Assembly: GCF_000143415.4 (NCBI RefSeq)
Contig: NW_003314265.1
Span: 758,405 to 822,404 of the forward strand
Direction: 5' to 3'
DNA from: Selaginella moellendorffii
Taxonomy: Eukaryota; Plantae; Lycopodiophyta
DNA: 64,000 nucleotides
The notes below the pieces were generated by a model that did no database searches, was not told the origin of the DNA, and worked only from the letters and a program-made list of their open reading frames with translations. Position numbers and translations under genes: made by a program. Each line of letters starts with the position of its first letter. Position 1 is the stretch's first letter. This document shows, one piece after another, positions 1 to 12,108 of the stretch.

Positions 1-729
1 CCGATAGCAGATCAAGCAGCTCCTGGAACAAGAAAAGGAGCTCTTCTTGACAGGTAAAGTTGGTGCTTTTCATCGCTCACCTTGACGGCCATGTGGTGAG
101 CCGCGGCCGCTTTGCTCGAGTTGTCGACGAGGCAGCATCCCTCAAGAACGCGAAGAGCGAGGACGATCTCCGCAGGGGTGGGAGGATTCGAGACTTCTGC
201 CGCTTCTTCCGAGGAGTTAAACACCGGTGGCGCGCTCGCTGGTGATTTTTGCGGTGCCAATGTGTGCTTGAACAACGCCGGTATCACTACACCAAAGATC
301 ACAAAAGAATCTTAGAACTTTCGCTCATGAGATCGTTGATCCACGCAAGCAAACAACGATTCTAGGAAAGGAAAGAAATTCATAGCATCCACCAACCAGA
401 GCAATCGAATTTACTCCAAACACATTCTCACCTTGGAGTTCTTGATAGCTCTGGCTCTCCCGGAAGAGCTCCACACCCCTCTCGGACGCAGCGGCGAGCA
501 TCAGGAATGCGAGCAGACGGCGAAGGCCCTTGACCCTGGCGAAGGAGAAATTGGCCTTCACATCACGCAGCGCCTCGCGCAGCCGCAGCGCAACCTCGCG
601 CCGCTGACGCTGCGCCACCAGCGATTCCACCAGCTCCGCCACCACATTGCACGCCGATTGCTGCGGCGAGGAGGTGGATGCCGAGGCAGCAGCAAACTCC
701 TCGGCCCAGCCTGGGCGACAGAGAAACAT
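1..729 (-). CDS. ISI1: IMPAIRED SUCROSE INDUCTION 1-like (Cdc14/SIN-component, ARM-like) protein; 3' part runs off the window
   Basis: ATG at 729 (MFLCRPGW). Exons 729-432, 286-81 and 22-1 with GT-AG introns. Motifs FSFARVKGLRRLL, VIPALFKH and PPTPAEIVLALRVLEGCCL match recalled plant ISI1. Confidence 0.85.
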
Positions 730-816
730 CAAAGAACCCTAATCTCGTCATTTGGGGAAAAAAGCCCAAGAACCCTAATCTCATTGTCGTCCGTACAAAA
801 ATATTCACACGCTTCT

Positions 817-2131
817 TTAGTGCTGTTTGTTCCTGGGGATTCGTAAATCCGTCTCTGGCCGTCTGCAAATCTTTTTAAGTGGCACAACTTCCTGCGAGAA
901 AAAAAGAAAAGAAAATTCCGATGATTGTAAATGAGAGCTTAGACTGATGTTACCTCTGATTGATCGTGATCATAGCGGACCCAAAATCGACACCGGCAGC
1001 CTCTTAAGTCGTGCCTCCGTCTCTGGATGTCCAGAACCGTGGCATCGTAGTACAAGGCTTGCTCGTTTCCTTCCTGTTGAGAAACGAAGAAGTTAACAAA
1101 GAAAACAAAGTTTTGCATTTCCTCTACCTGGAAGCATAAGATGAGATCTCCCGGAAGGACAACCATGCACTCCACAACGTCACACGGCATAGAGCGCTGC
1201 CGGACTGATGTCTTCACGTCCACCCATTCGTCTTCCTCGGATCCAAACCCAACAAAACGAACACGGACCTCCTGAGAAGTTGGATCAATCAGTACAAACA
1301 AAATGTGGAGCAAAAGAGTAAAACTTTCTGCCTTACGTGCTCAGAGGCTTCTATACGATGTGCCAGAAACAATGATACATCATACCTGGAAGAGGTCTTA
1401 GTAACGGAGTTTATAAACTCATACATTCTTACCAGGCACCGTCACGAGAAGATTTGGCTTCGAAGTCCATCTCTTTCTCGACTTCTGTGAGATCCCGACG
1501 TGTAAGAAGCGGGATGGAAGAGAACTTAAAACAAACCTGGCGGCGGAGCGTACATGTATTGCATGGGACTTGCGGCGTTCGCCAAAGGCGAGGGAGTAAA
1601 GCCTCTACCGCTGTCTTGGTGCTGCTGTTGCTGCTGCATTTGGAGGATTTTCTTCGCCTTTTGCGAGTGCCTCCTGTTCTGGAACCAATTCAAGACCTGG
1701 AAAAGAAGCACAAATAAGGTGAGGAGCATTATCAGAAGAGGCCAAACTTTGAGGACTATTTGTATACACGAGAAGAGAAACAGAAAAAGCGTCTAGCCGG
1801 ACGAACCTGTTTCCCTGTTATTGGAAGTTGCCCAGCCCGTTCTGGAGTATTGCTGAGAGAAAAAACGAAAGAAAAGAACGAAGAATTCAGTGAAGGTAAA
1901 ACGATGTCAAACTTTGAGGAAACACGTACGTGAAAGCCTCCGCGAGGTCGTCACATTCCGGCCTTGGCAACGCTATGTTGTTGTTAGCTTCCAGCGCCCT
2001 CTCCATTTGAGCGACCTACAAAGAATTCACACGCCATAGAATGCAGCGCAGGAATCCTTTCCATCGATCCATACCTCCTGTGGAAGAAATCGAAACACCG
2101 GCACGCCGGCGGCTTGAGGCGGGCGCCCCAT
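817..2131 (-). CDS. SAWADEE homeodomain homolog (SHH1/SHH2 family, RdDM histone reader), multi-exon
   Basis: ATG 2131 (MGRPP..FRF); homeodomain helix VLNWFQNRR; SAWADEE motifs [33 protein letters not shown] and [17 protein letters not shown]. Last exon [15 protein letters not shown] ends at TAA 817-819. Confidence 0.93.
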
Positions 2132-2690
2132 CTCTAGCTCCTCCTCGTTCCACTCTCTTGCCCTAGAAACAGAGGAAAATTACCCCTATTTGATTTAAAC
2201 GGCCTGATGGCATACACGTGTCAGTCACGGCAGCCGTCCATTTCAACAAGTTTTTTTTTTCGTCTTTGGGGAGAAATGATGCTTGTTGTCCACGACCAAG
2301 ACCTAATGAAGGCGCCGCGGCATTGGAGCTTGGCGATGGGCGTTTCCTCCGGCGCGCGCTAGACGAGGGCGAGGATTTGGCCCTCTTGGGGCTGCCATAG
2401 GAAATGCCGGTGTCGATTCCAGGGCGCGGTAGCATCAGCAGCAGCAATAGCGCCAGGGATTAGGGTAAGCATTCCATGGGCGCCCTCCAAGATTTGCTAC
2501 TGTGTAGAACTGCTTGAACCGGCATTGCCTCCCTTGCAAGTTTGCTTCTTTTCTTCTCAGTTTCTTTTTGTGCGCCTCTTCTCTTTGCCAGATCGGCTGA
2601 TTGGTTCTTTGGTTGCTATAGCAGGTTGTAGCTGGAAAAGAAAGATTAGAGCATAGAGAAGGGCTTCAACAGGTCGCATTGGGCTGAAGA

Positions 2691-4780
2691 ATGTGCATAC
2701 TGTGCGCTGGAGCAAAGTTTTCGCGACGCATCGTCGCCATGCTACCATGGTTGATCATCCCTTTCGTCATCGTTTGGGCCTTCTCGCAGTTCCTGCCACC
2801 CGGCTACCGCTTCGAGATCACGTCCACGAGGCTGGCATGCGTGGGAGTGCTTCTGAGCAGCCTCTTTTGGTACGAGTTCGTCGTCCCCAATCTCTCGCAG
2901 TGGCGGGATAGGAGAGCGATCCTTCTCCGCGAGAGGCAGCGTATAGAGGCACAGAAGGCCGCAAGGTGGCGAAAGGAGGCGACCAAGCACTGCCGGAATT
3001 GCCACACTCCTTACCGCGACCAGACTCCACAGGCGAGTGGCAAGTATATGTGCACCAACTGTGGCCACGCCTCGAAGAAGCCCGAGCTACACGTCCCCGG
3101 GGATCCTCGGCCCAGGGACTTAAAGTTGATCGACCACTCGACGTGTTGGAGATCGCTCTGGGAGGAGCTGGACAAGCAGAGATTTTTCCATCTGGTGCAT
3201 AGGTGGGTGGCGCTGGCAGGGAAGCTTTTGGCCTGGTTGTGGAAGCAGTTTTGCCGGCAGGATGGCTCCAGGGATGGCTCGCAGGGTCGACAGCAGAACG
3301 CGAAGGAGATAGACGAGACGGAGGAGAAGAGAGGAAGGGCGAGGAGGAAGGCGGAGGAGAAGCGTCTAGCGAGACTAGAGAGGGAGAAGAAGGAGGAGGA
3401 GGAAAGGAGGGACAGGGAGGAGTTTAAGAAACTCGTAGACGAGAGGAGCAAACTTCGTGCTGAGCTACTTGAGGCCGAGAATGCGAGTAAGAGAGAAGCC
3501 GCTGCCGAGAGGGAACGTGAGTTGAGGAGGGATAGAGAGGCTGAGAAGAAGAGGCAGGAGAAAACTAAGGCGTCGCCCAAGGAGAAGGAGTTGGCCAGCG
3601 ACAAGAGTGTTGGTGGTAGTAGTCCTGGTAGTAGTACAGAAGAGGCACGGACTAGGATTGAAAAGGTGGGATATTTTGGCAGGAGGAGGGGTTACAGCTA
3701 CTTCAGCGACTATAGGAACTCTAGAGCAAGCTCCAGCTCTGGTGGAACCCCTCTCGGAAAGCACCAGAACTTAAGTTCGACAAAGATTAGGACGAACGCG
3801 CCAGCGAAGTCGACTAGTGCGGCTCCGCCTAAGGAGGTGGCGCCCCCCGGGACTTCGATGAGCTGGTCCAAAGCCTTGTGTGGAGCAGCCAACACCAAAG
3901 TGGAAGCCTGCAGCGCTTCCTCGGAGGTGCTTTCTTATCTTTCTCCAGTGGATGTTGCTAACTTTAACTTACAGGCTTTTCCAAAACCACTGGCAAATGG
4001 TGGTTCATTCTTCTCAAAGAGTGCTGTTGCTGCTACAACCACAAGTTCGAAGCCGCAACCTCTATCACCCGAAATAACAGCAGCCCCTCCCTGTCAAGAA
4101 GCTAGCGGCTCGACTCCAGTGTCCACCGATCCCATTTACTTCCCAGGTACCGCTCCAGTACTTCCTCCCATCTCTGCTCCACAGCATAACACACTGACTA
4201 GCGAACCAGTCGCGTCTTCCACCTCCCTCTTCTCCTCGTTCTTCCCATCGACCACCGTCTTACCACCTCCGACTAGCATCGATGCTACTTATTCAGTCAT
4301 GTCCCCGACACTGCTCTCGCCAGTCTCACGCTCAGTGTCGAGTGACTTTGCCTGGCCTGGCCCGTTCTCCCAGAAAACCGTGCGAGATCCTTGCATCCAG
4401 CTTCCAGAGGATATATGCCTGTCACCCTCGCTCGACACCAGCAGCTGGCTACCGCAGTACGATTACGAGGTGGACAACGTTCCTCCGGAGTTTTTGGATT
4501 GCATAACTCGTGATATCATGGTGGATCCGGTGACCACTGCTGACGGGCACTCGTATGATCGATCGACGATCAAAGCATGGCTGAAGTAAGTTCTTTTGTT
4601 TCCGAGCTTTTAACCAAAGTGGTTTTTTTTTGTTTGAGTAGGGAGCACAAAACTAGTCCGATCACTGGAATCGAGCTGCCTCCAGCTCCTCCTCCAGACA
4701 ATGTGGATAGAACTCTTCGGCCGAATCACGTCCTCCGTTCCCAGATACTCGACTACAACGAGCGCAAAGCTCGAGAGTAA
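2691..4780 (+). CDS. Membrane/zinc-ribbon/coiled-coil protein of the 'stress response NST1-like' plant family, with a C-terminal U-box
   Basis: 632-aa exon 1 (2691-4585) contains MCILC..MLPWLIIP..RFEITS.RLACV..LFWYE, CxxC..CxxC and an E/R/K coiled coil. Intron 4586-4641. U-box: VPPEFLDCITRDIMVDPVTTADGHSYDRSTIKAWLK|EHKTSPITG..LRPNHVLRSQI. A further small 3' exon after 4853 is possible. Confidence 0.85.
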
Positions 4781-5025
4781 GTGCTCCTCGAGTTCCAAAG
4801 GCTTTGTTTGATCTTCTATAGTTCTTAAAAAAGAGAATTTTTGTTCTTGGCAGAAGGGCTAGTCGAGATGGATGGCCAGTGACGAGCCTCCCGAATCAGC
4901 AACACCAAATCTCTTGCGGTTTGTTTATTTCTCCGGGCTTACATTCTATGTGGTAAAAACGAAGTTAAGAAAGAAGAAATGAGAGCTTTTGCCCTTTACT
5001 CGCTGTCGGCTTTAGTGTTTAGGGC

Positions 5026-5033
5026 TAGGGTTT
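5026..5033 (-). promoter_or_regulatory. Telo-box-like element (TAGGGTTT) upstream of eIF5B
   Basis: Lies about 40 bp upstream of the ATG. Telo-boxes are typical of plant translation-machinery genes. Confidence 0.45.
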
Positions 5034-5068
5034 AGGAAATTAGGGCATCGCGAGGAGCTCCACGCGCG

Positions 5069-8000
5069 ATGGGAAAGAAGGGGAAGAAGGTCGCGCCATC
5101 GCTGGACGATTATTGGAACGAGGAGTTGAACGGTGATGGTGAGGCTGTTGCTGGATCGACAACGGGAGCCTCGGTTGTGGCAGCTGCCGGCAACGACGAG
5201 GATTTGGTAATGGAGATGGATTTGAGCAAGAGCAAGAGAAACAAGAAGAAGGATGATTTAGTAGCTCCAGCGTTAGCTTTAGATAGAGATGACGAGGAGG
5301 AAGAAGAAGAGAAGCTGGATTTATCAGGCATGAAGAAGAAGAAGCCGAAGAAGAAGAAAGACAAGATTTTGGAGGAGGATACTCTTGCTCCTTCTCCTGC
5401 TTCTACTCCCCCGGACATTCCCTTGCTGGTGGACGAAGAAGAGGAGATGCTAGACTTGACAGCGGCGAAGAAGAAGAAAGCGAAGAAGAAGGACAAGAAG
5501 AAGATTCTCGACGACGATTATCCGGAAGTTGCTGCACAAGATTGGGAAGTACCTAGTACTGCTCAAGATGATTCTTCGAGAGCTGTCGCTGCTCCAGAGC
5601 CTGCTGCTGCTCCTACTGCCCCGGACATTCCCTCGCTGGCGGACGAAGAAGAGGAGATGCTAGACTTGACAGCGGCAAAGAAGAAAAAACCGAAGAAGAA
5701 GGACAAGAAGAAGATTCTCGACGACGATTATCCGGAAGTTGCTGCACAAGATTGGGAAGTACCTAGTGCTGCTCAAGATGATTCTTCGAGAGCTGTCGCT
5801 GCTCCAGAACCTACTGCTACTCCTGATGACGAGGAAGAGATGCTGGACTTGAATAAGAAAAAGAAGAAGAAGAAGAAACAGGACGACAGAAAGAAAACTT
5901 TTGAAGAAGAGCTTGCGGAGGCCGCGGCTGCAGCTGGTGTTCCAGAGAGTGAAGTACCTGCTGCTGCTGCTCCAGATGAGGAGGAAGACAAGCTAGACTT
6001 GACGGGGGCCAAGAAGAAGAAGTCGAAGAAGAAGAAACAGGGGGAGAAGAAGGCCGAGGAGACTGTCGAAGTGGCTGTACCAGATGTTGAAGGAGAGAAG
6101 GTGGATGCTGTGGATAATACCAAAGGAGAAGAGACGACGGAAGCCACTGGCAGTAGTAAAAAGAAAAAGAAGAAAGGTCCTTTGGAAACTCAAGAGGCGA
6201 AGCCAAAGGTGGTCGAGAAGAAGGTCCCGAAGCATATTCGGGAAATGCAAGAGCGACTTGCAAAAATCAAGGAGGAAGAAGAGCGCCGGAAGCGTGAGGA
6301 AGAAGAGAGGTTGCGGAAAGAGGAGGAAGAAAGGCTGAGACTCGAGGAGGAAGAGAGGTTAAGAGAAGAAGCGAAGCAGCGAAGAAAGCAACGTGAGAAG
6401 GAGAAAATCAAGGAAAAGAAAGCCAAGGGACTTTATCTCACTGGAAAACAGAAGATGGAAGCTCGTCGTCTGGCCATGATAAAGGAGCAGATTTTAGCAA
6501 GTAGTCCGGCGCTTGTTGGTGAAGAGCAGTCGCCAACTCCCAGGAAGCCGAAGTACGAGACGAAGAAGAAGAAAGTGGAAGTAGTAAGCTCGGAAGATGT
6601 GAAACCGGACGTTGAAGAAAGTGAAGCGGCTGCCGAGGTCCAAAGTGAAACGGCTACTGAGGCGCAAGAGAACGAGCCTGAAGTTGAGAATGAACCTGAA
6701 GGAGAGGGCCAGCTGGAAGAAGAAGCAGAAGAAGAGGAAGAAGAAGAAGACGAGGATGATGACTGGGAAGCTAAGAGTTGGGACGACGAATCCAAACTTC
6801 CAACCGTGAAGGATGCATTTGCAGACGAGGACGAGGAGGAAGAGGAACAGGTTGTTCCAGAAAAACTCGTGAAGGTTGCTCCGAAGGTTGAGGAAGTACC
6901 ATCCCCACAGCCACCAAAGCAGCCAGCGATTTCAAGGGAAGCCAGGATGGCGGAAGCTCTCACAAAGCGCAGCGCTGACGATTTGCGATCTCCCATCTGC
7001 TGTATCCTCGGACACGTTGATACCGGCAAGACCAAGCTGCTCGACTGCATTCGTAGGACTAACGTCCAAGAAGGAGAAGCGGGTGGAATTACGCAGCAGA
7101 TTGGAGCTACTTATTTTCCGATGGAAAACATACGAGAGAGAACCAAAGAGTTACCAGAAGCGGCCAACATGCGCGTTCCTGGCCTCCTGGTTATAGATAC
7201 GCCTGGTCACGAGTCCTTTACAAATTTGCGTTCTCGAGGTTCCGGACTGTGCGATATTGCAATCTTGGTGATCGACATTATGCATGGGCTGGAGCCTCAA
7301 ACGATCGAGTCCATAAACTTGCTAAGGATGAGAAAGACACCGTTCATTGTTGCTCTAAACAAGGTGCGTACTCCTCTGTTTTGTGTGTACCTTACCACTT
7401 GTTTATGCTCTAGTGCAGGTTGATCGTCTCTACCAATGGAAGCCCCGCAACAATGCTCCGATAAGAACCACTCTGCAAGAGCAGGAGCGCCATACGAAAT
7501 CAGAATTTGAGACGAGAACCAAGCAGGTGACGTGGAAGTGTCATTCCTTAGTAGCAGTTTCCTTATCAAGCGGTATTTGCTTGTTGCAGATAATGGTGCA
7601 GCTCCAAGAACAGTCTCTTAACTCTGAGCTCTACTGGAAAAACAAAGACAAGAGAAAGGCCGTCAGCATAATTCCCACAAGCGCGATAAGGCATGCTTGC
7701 TGATTTTTCTTTCATTTTTTTTCTCTAGAATTCTCAAGTTTTCGTTTAGTGGCGAGGGCATACCTGATCTCCTGTACTTGCTAGTCCTGCTGACACAAGA
7801 GATGATGGAAAAGAAGCTTATGTATGTAAGCGAGGTCGAATGCACGGTGCTGGAAGTTAAGGTTGTAGAAGGACTTGGGACGACTATCGACGTCGTGTTG
7901 GTAAACGGCGTATTGCACGAAGGCGATCAGATCGTGGTCTGCGGGATGCAAGTACGTAGTCGAGTGCTTTCATTTCGGTTAAAAGCTTTACGACGTTCGG

Positions 8001-9261
8001 TTGCAGGGACCAATTGTGACAACTATCAGGGCACTGTTAACTCCTCATCCTATGAAAGAGCTCCGAGTGAAGGTTGGTTTAGCTCGACTGAGTAGAGGAT
8101 CTTATCTTGTTGCTTTCAGGGATCATATCAGCATCACAAAGAGCTTAAAGCAGCCCAAGGAATAAAAATCACGGCGCAGGTTCGTTCTAATATTTCCTCA
8201 TTGCGACTGTTCTTTTGCTAATGCTTTCCTCAGGGTCTCGAGCACGCGATAGCAGGAACACAACTCTATGTTGTGGGAGAAGACGAGGACGTGGAGACCA
8301 TCAAAGAGGAGGCGATGAAGGACATGAAGAGCGTTATGGGTCGTATTGACAAGAGCGGGGAGGGAGTTTGCGTTCAGGCCTCGACACTGGGATCCTTGGA
8401 AGCCTTGCTCGAGTTCCTCAAAACTCCCGACGTCAACATTCCTGTGAGTGGCATCAGTATCGGTCCGGTTCACAAGAAAGACATCATGCGTGCAAGTGTG
8501 ATGCTCGAGAGGAAGAAAGAATACGCTACAATACTTGCTTTCGACGTTAAGGTGACACCGGAAGCAAGAGAGCTGGCCGAGGAGCTGGGTGTGAAGATCT
8601 TCACGGCGGACATCATCTATCACTTGTTCGACCAGTTCACGGCCTATCTCAAGAACACAAGAGAGGAGAAAAGAAGGGATACAGCGGAGGAAGCCATATT
8701 TCCGTGCATCCTCAAGATCTTACCCAACTGTGTCTTCAACAAAAAAGATCCAATCATTGTCGGAGTGGTGGTTCTCGATGGCTTCGCAAAGGTACCTTTG
8801 TTTCTCCATCTTCTGTGAGATAATCGGTGTGCTTGTCTTTCACGCAGGTTGGAACGCCCATTTGTGTTCCAAGTAAAGACGGCGAGTTTATTGATCTGGG
8901 AAGAATCGCGTCGCTGGAAATCAATCACAAGGTGGTCGACGTTGCGAAGAAAGGCGAGGAGGTGGCCATGAAGGCAAGCTCAGGTTTTACTCTCTTTTCT
9001 TTTGCTCATAGTGTTGTCGTGCCACAGATCATGGGTGACGAGAACCAGAAGATGTTTGGAAGGCATTTTGACTACGACGATTTGCTGGTGAGCCACATCA
9101 CACGAAGATCAATCGACGTTTTGAAAGAGAACTACCGGGTAGGATTTATGTTCCCAGCGAATCCTTGTTGTGTTTACGGCTATTTTGTGTTGCAGACTGA
9201 GCTTTCTAGCGAGGAGTGGAAACTCATAATGAAGCTCAAGGGCATTTTCAGGATCTTGTGA
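5069..9261 (+). CDS. eIF5B: Eukaryotic translation initiation factor 5B (IF2 family GTPase), multi-exon
   Basis: [39 protein letters not shown]|[15 protein letters not shown] and [12 protein letters not shown], preceded by a long charged N-terminus. TGA at 9259-9261. Confidence 0.97.
5402..5822 (+). repeat. In-frame 210-bp (70-codon) tandem duplication in the eIF5B N-terminal region
   Basis: CCGGACATTCCC recurs at 5411 and 5621; the two copies are near-identical. Confidence 0.95.
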
Positions 9262-9919
9262 CAACGGAACGAAATGTTTTGGCGAAGTAAGGCTTTGTCT
9301 AAGTTTAATTTGGTGGATTCACGTGAAACACAGATCTTGTTGTTGCTTTGTTTGTAGCCGCGAGCAAGAAATAATATCTCTGAGCGATCAAAAGTCGGGT
9401 TTTTTGTTTTCGCGTTGACAAAAACTCTGAAAGAGCGAGGTAACTTAGTTTCCGTCTCGTGAAGCTGTCGTTTACGCTATTTCCACATTTTACATGGATG
9501 AAATAAACTTAGCTATGATGAAATGGCCGGTGGAAGGCAATCGAGAGTCTAGAATTGCCATCACCGCCACCACGATCAGTGGAACTTAGCGTCATAGCAC
9601 CACCGCAAGCAACTCCCTCAAAATCACAATCACAAGAAAAGCTTTTGCCGTGATTTTCACACCTTAAAGTCTGGCAGGGCGAGACTTTTTAAAGGCCACC
9701 TCCTCGAACTAACACAACAAGATTTTGTTTCACACCAAACACACACAACACTCATTAAAGCCACAGAGATTTTCCATAGATCCCCACAGTCAATTCGCGT
9801 CCACCCTACGCAACGCAACGAGCAAAGAAAACGATAGAGCTTTAAATTAGAACGGGCGTGGGGTGGTGGCAACAAAAGAGAACAAAAAATCCCGCCAAGA
9901 ACCGGAAATGCGGCGCCCC

Positions 9920-10619
9920 TCATAACGCCAGCACCGCCGCGACCGCGAGCACGGCCGTGGCCCATGGCCACGGTACGGCGCTGGCGGCGCTCATAGGCCC
10001 CTCGGCCGGTCCATTGCCCGGGTTTCGTACGGCAGGGAGGGCGCCCGGTAGCGGCGACGGGGCTGGGCCATGGTGGCGGCCGACCGGCGGCTTCCGTACC
10101 ACCACCAGGAGCTTCTGGCCCTGGCCGCAGTGGCCCGGCACTCCACAAACATAGAAATGCGGGCCCGTGGTGTCCAGATTGATGATGGTGTGCCCGTCCT
10201 GGAATGTGGCGATCGGATTGGCGGTGCTGCAAGCGATGAAATCCGCCTTGCTCACCGCCAGCACGTTGTGGAAATCCTTGGAGTAGTTGAACACTGCGAG
10301 AGATCAAAGCCCCGGATCGGTCATTGTTCGATCAGGCAATGGCATAGCGAGAAGAGGGAAGCCGATCGAGCAGAGGAATGAGATCGAGAGATTCTGGAGA
10401 ATGGAGGAGAAGAATCTTACCGAGAGTGTCGCCGAGATGGTATCTGTTGCCGAGCGTCCACTGTGTGTAATTGACATGGCCGAACGAGGGCAAGGTCCAG
10501 CCAGCGCTGCCCCCTACCACGAACTGGACCGCCTCCGCGCGATCCTGGGAGGCGAGGAACAGCAGCGCGGATAGAAGCACAACGAGCGCCGAGGAGGAGG
10601 AAGAACGCCACGAAGACAT
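9920..10619 (-). CDS. Phytocyanin (stellacyanin-type blue copper protein) with signal peptide and probable GPI signal
   Basis: Exons 10619-10421 and 10293-9920. FVVGGSAGW, HNV and CGVPGHCGQGQKL give His/Cys/His/Gln ligands; Pro-rich linker and hydrophobic tail. Confidence 0.93.
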
Positions 10620-11440
10620 TGCGCGCACTGCCACTTCCCTGCGTCTTACGCACGGCGGCGGATCCAGGCGATCGATTGATCGATCAATCAGCGCAGCTAG
10701 GAAATATCGTGGAGGAGAGAGCGCGCGATCGATCGCCTCGCGCGCGCGGCGGCGTCAAGAAAGTATCCCGCCTTCGTTAGGCCAAGAAGAAGAGACCTCC
10801 TACGGACATGAGAACTGGATTTAAATATAACGTCTTATGCGGCCAAGCGGTGGCCGGTTCGAATCCCTTCCCCGGCGCACATTCTTTTCCCCTCTTTTCT
10901 TCTCACGTTTTACCCAACTGCGTCTTTGTTTTGACGCAGGCATCTCCTCTTTAATGTCTCTTTGTTTTCATACCATTATGAATTTTCCACGCGTGGGACA
11001 AGCGAATTTTTTCTGTAAAGAGATTCGAACCCAATGCATTGCTGACGTGGAAACCGCTAGATTTTAGGGCTTCACAATATTTTAGGGCTCTTCGAGCTAT
11101 AATTTCTATGATGATTTGCCTCAGGTGCTGGTTGGACTCATTAATCGAATGGATTGGGTCGCATTTGCTTGCGACGCGCAGTGTGTCATCGCGGGTACAG
11201 GTATTGGTACTTTGGTCCCCACGGATATGCCTGGAAAGCTTCCGAATATCTTTCAGCTTTTGGCGGTACAAAGGCGAGAGACTACTACAGTGGCTCCAGG
11301 AGCCGAATAAAAAGGCCTCTTCGTGACATTGTGAGATCAAAGGCATTCTTTTCTTCGCATTGCTGCTTGCTAGTTCCTTCTCGAGCTCGAGAAGATCTTT
11401 CTTTCTCTGCCTTTGCAACACTCGCGAGGGGAAAGAAATC

Positions 11441-11962
11441 ATGCCGATTCTCACCATTAGCACCAACACAAGCGTGGATAGCAGCACCTCGTTCTACATT
11501 CTCCAGGAGGCCACAGCCGCGGTGGCCCGAGTTCTTGGCAAGCCCGAGAGTGTAAGCTCTGATCATGGATCGTTGCTCCCAGATTTCCTTGTCTAACTCT
11601 TTGTCGCTCAAACTTCTAGAGCATGATGGTGCTTTTGAATGATCGAGTTCCAATCCTCTTTGGGGGCAGCCGAGAAGCGGCGGCGTATGGCGAGCTCGTC
11701 TCCATCGGAGCGATCGCACCCGACTCGAATCGCAAAGTCAGCAAAGCTCTTGCTGGGATCCTCGAGTCCAGGCTCTCGGTGCCGCCTTCCAGGTTCTACA
11801 TCAAGTTCTACGATGTCAAGGTGAGATTTTTATCATCTTTTGTCACTTCTCGAGCTTCTCTTCTGGAAATTGTCGTGATTTTTGGAGCAAACACTCTTTG
11901 ATCTGGTCGTTTTCTCGATGATCCAGGGAAGCAATGTTGGATATAATGGATCCACATACTAA
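11441..11962 (+). CDS. MIF/D-dopachrome tautomerase-like protein (MDL), 3 exons
   Basis: MPILTISTN (catalytic Pro1), LGKPES, FGGSREAAAYGELVSIG, SRFYIKFYDV and GYNGST. Exons 11441-11551, 11620-11820 and 11927-11962. Confidence 0.95.
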
Positions 11963-12108
11963 AGCATGAGACTAGTACTAAAATTGTATTAGTGATAATC
12001 GGGAATAAAACCTTTACCTTGCCGAGCAAATAAATGCGTGCCAACTGGCGTCCCAATTTTGTTTCTTGGTGTTTTCTCGTGGGTCTTCGTGGGAGTGGCG
12101 AGGGATCG

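Noticed and set aside
10838-10882. tRNA gene suggested by GGTTCGAATCCC
   Set aside because: No acceptor, D or anticodon arms; at most an isolated B-box-like motif.
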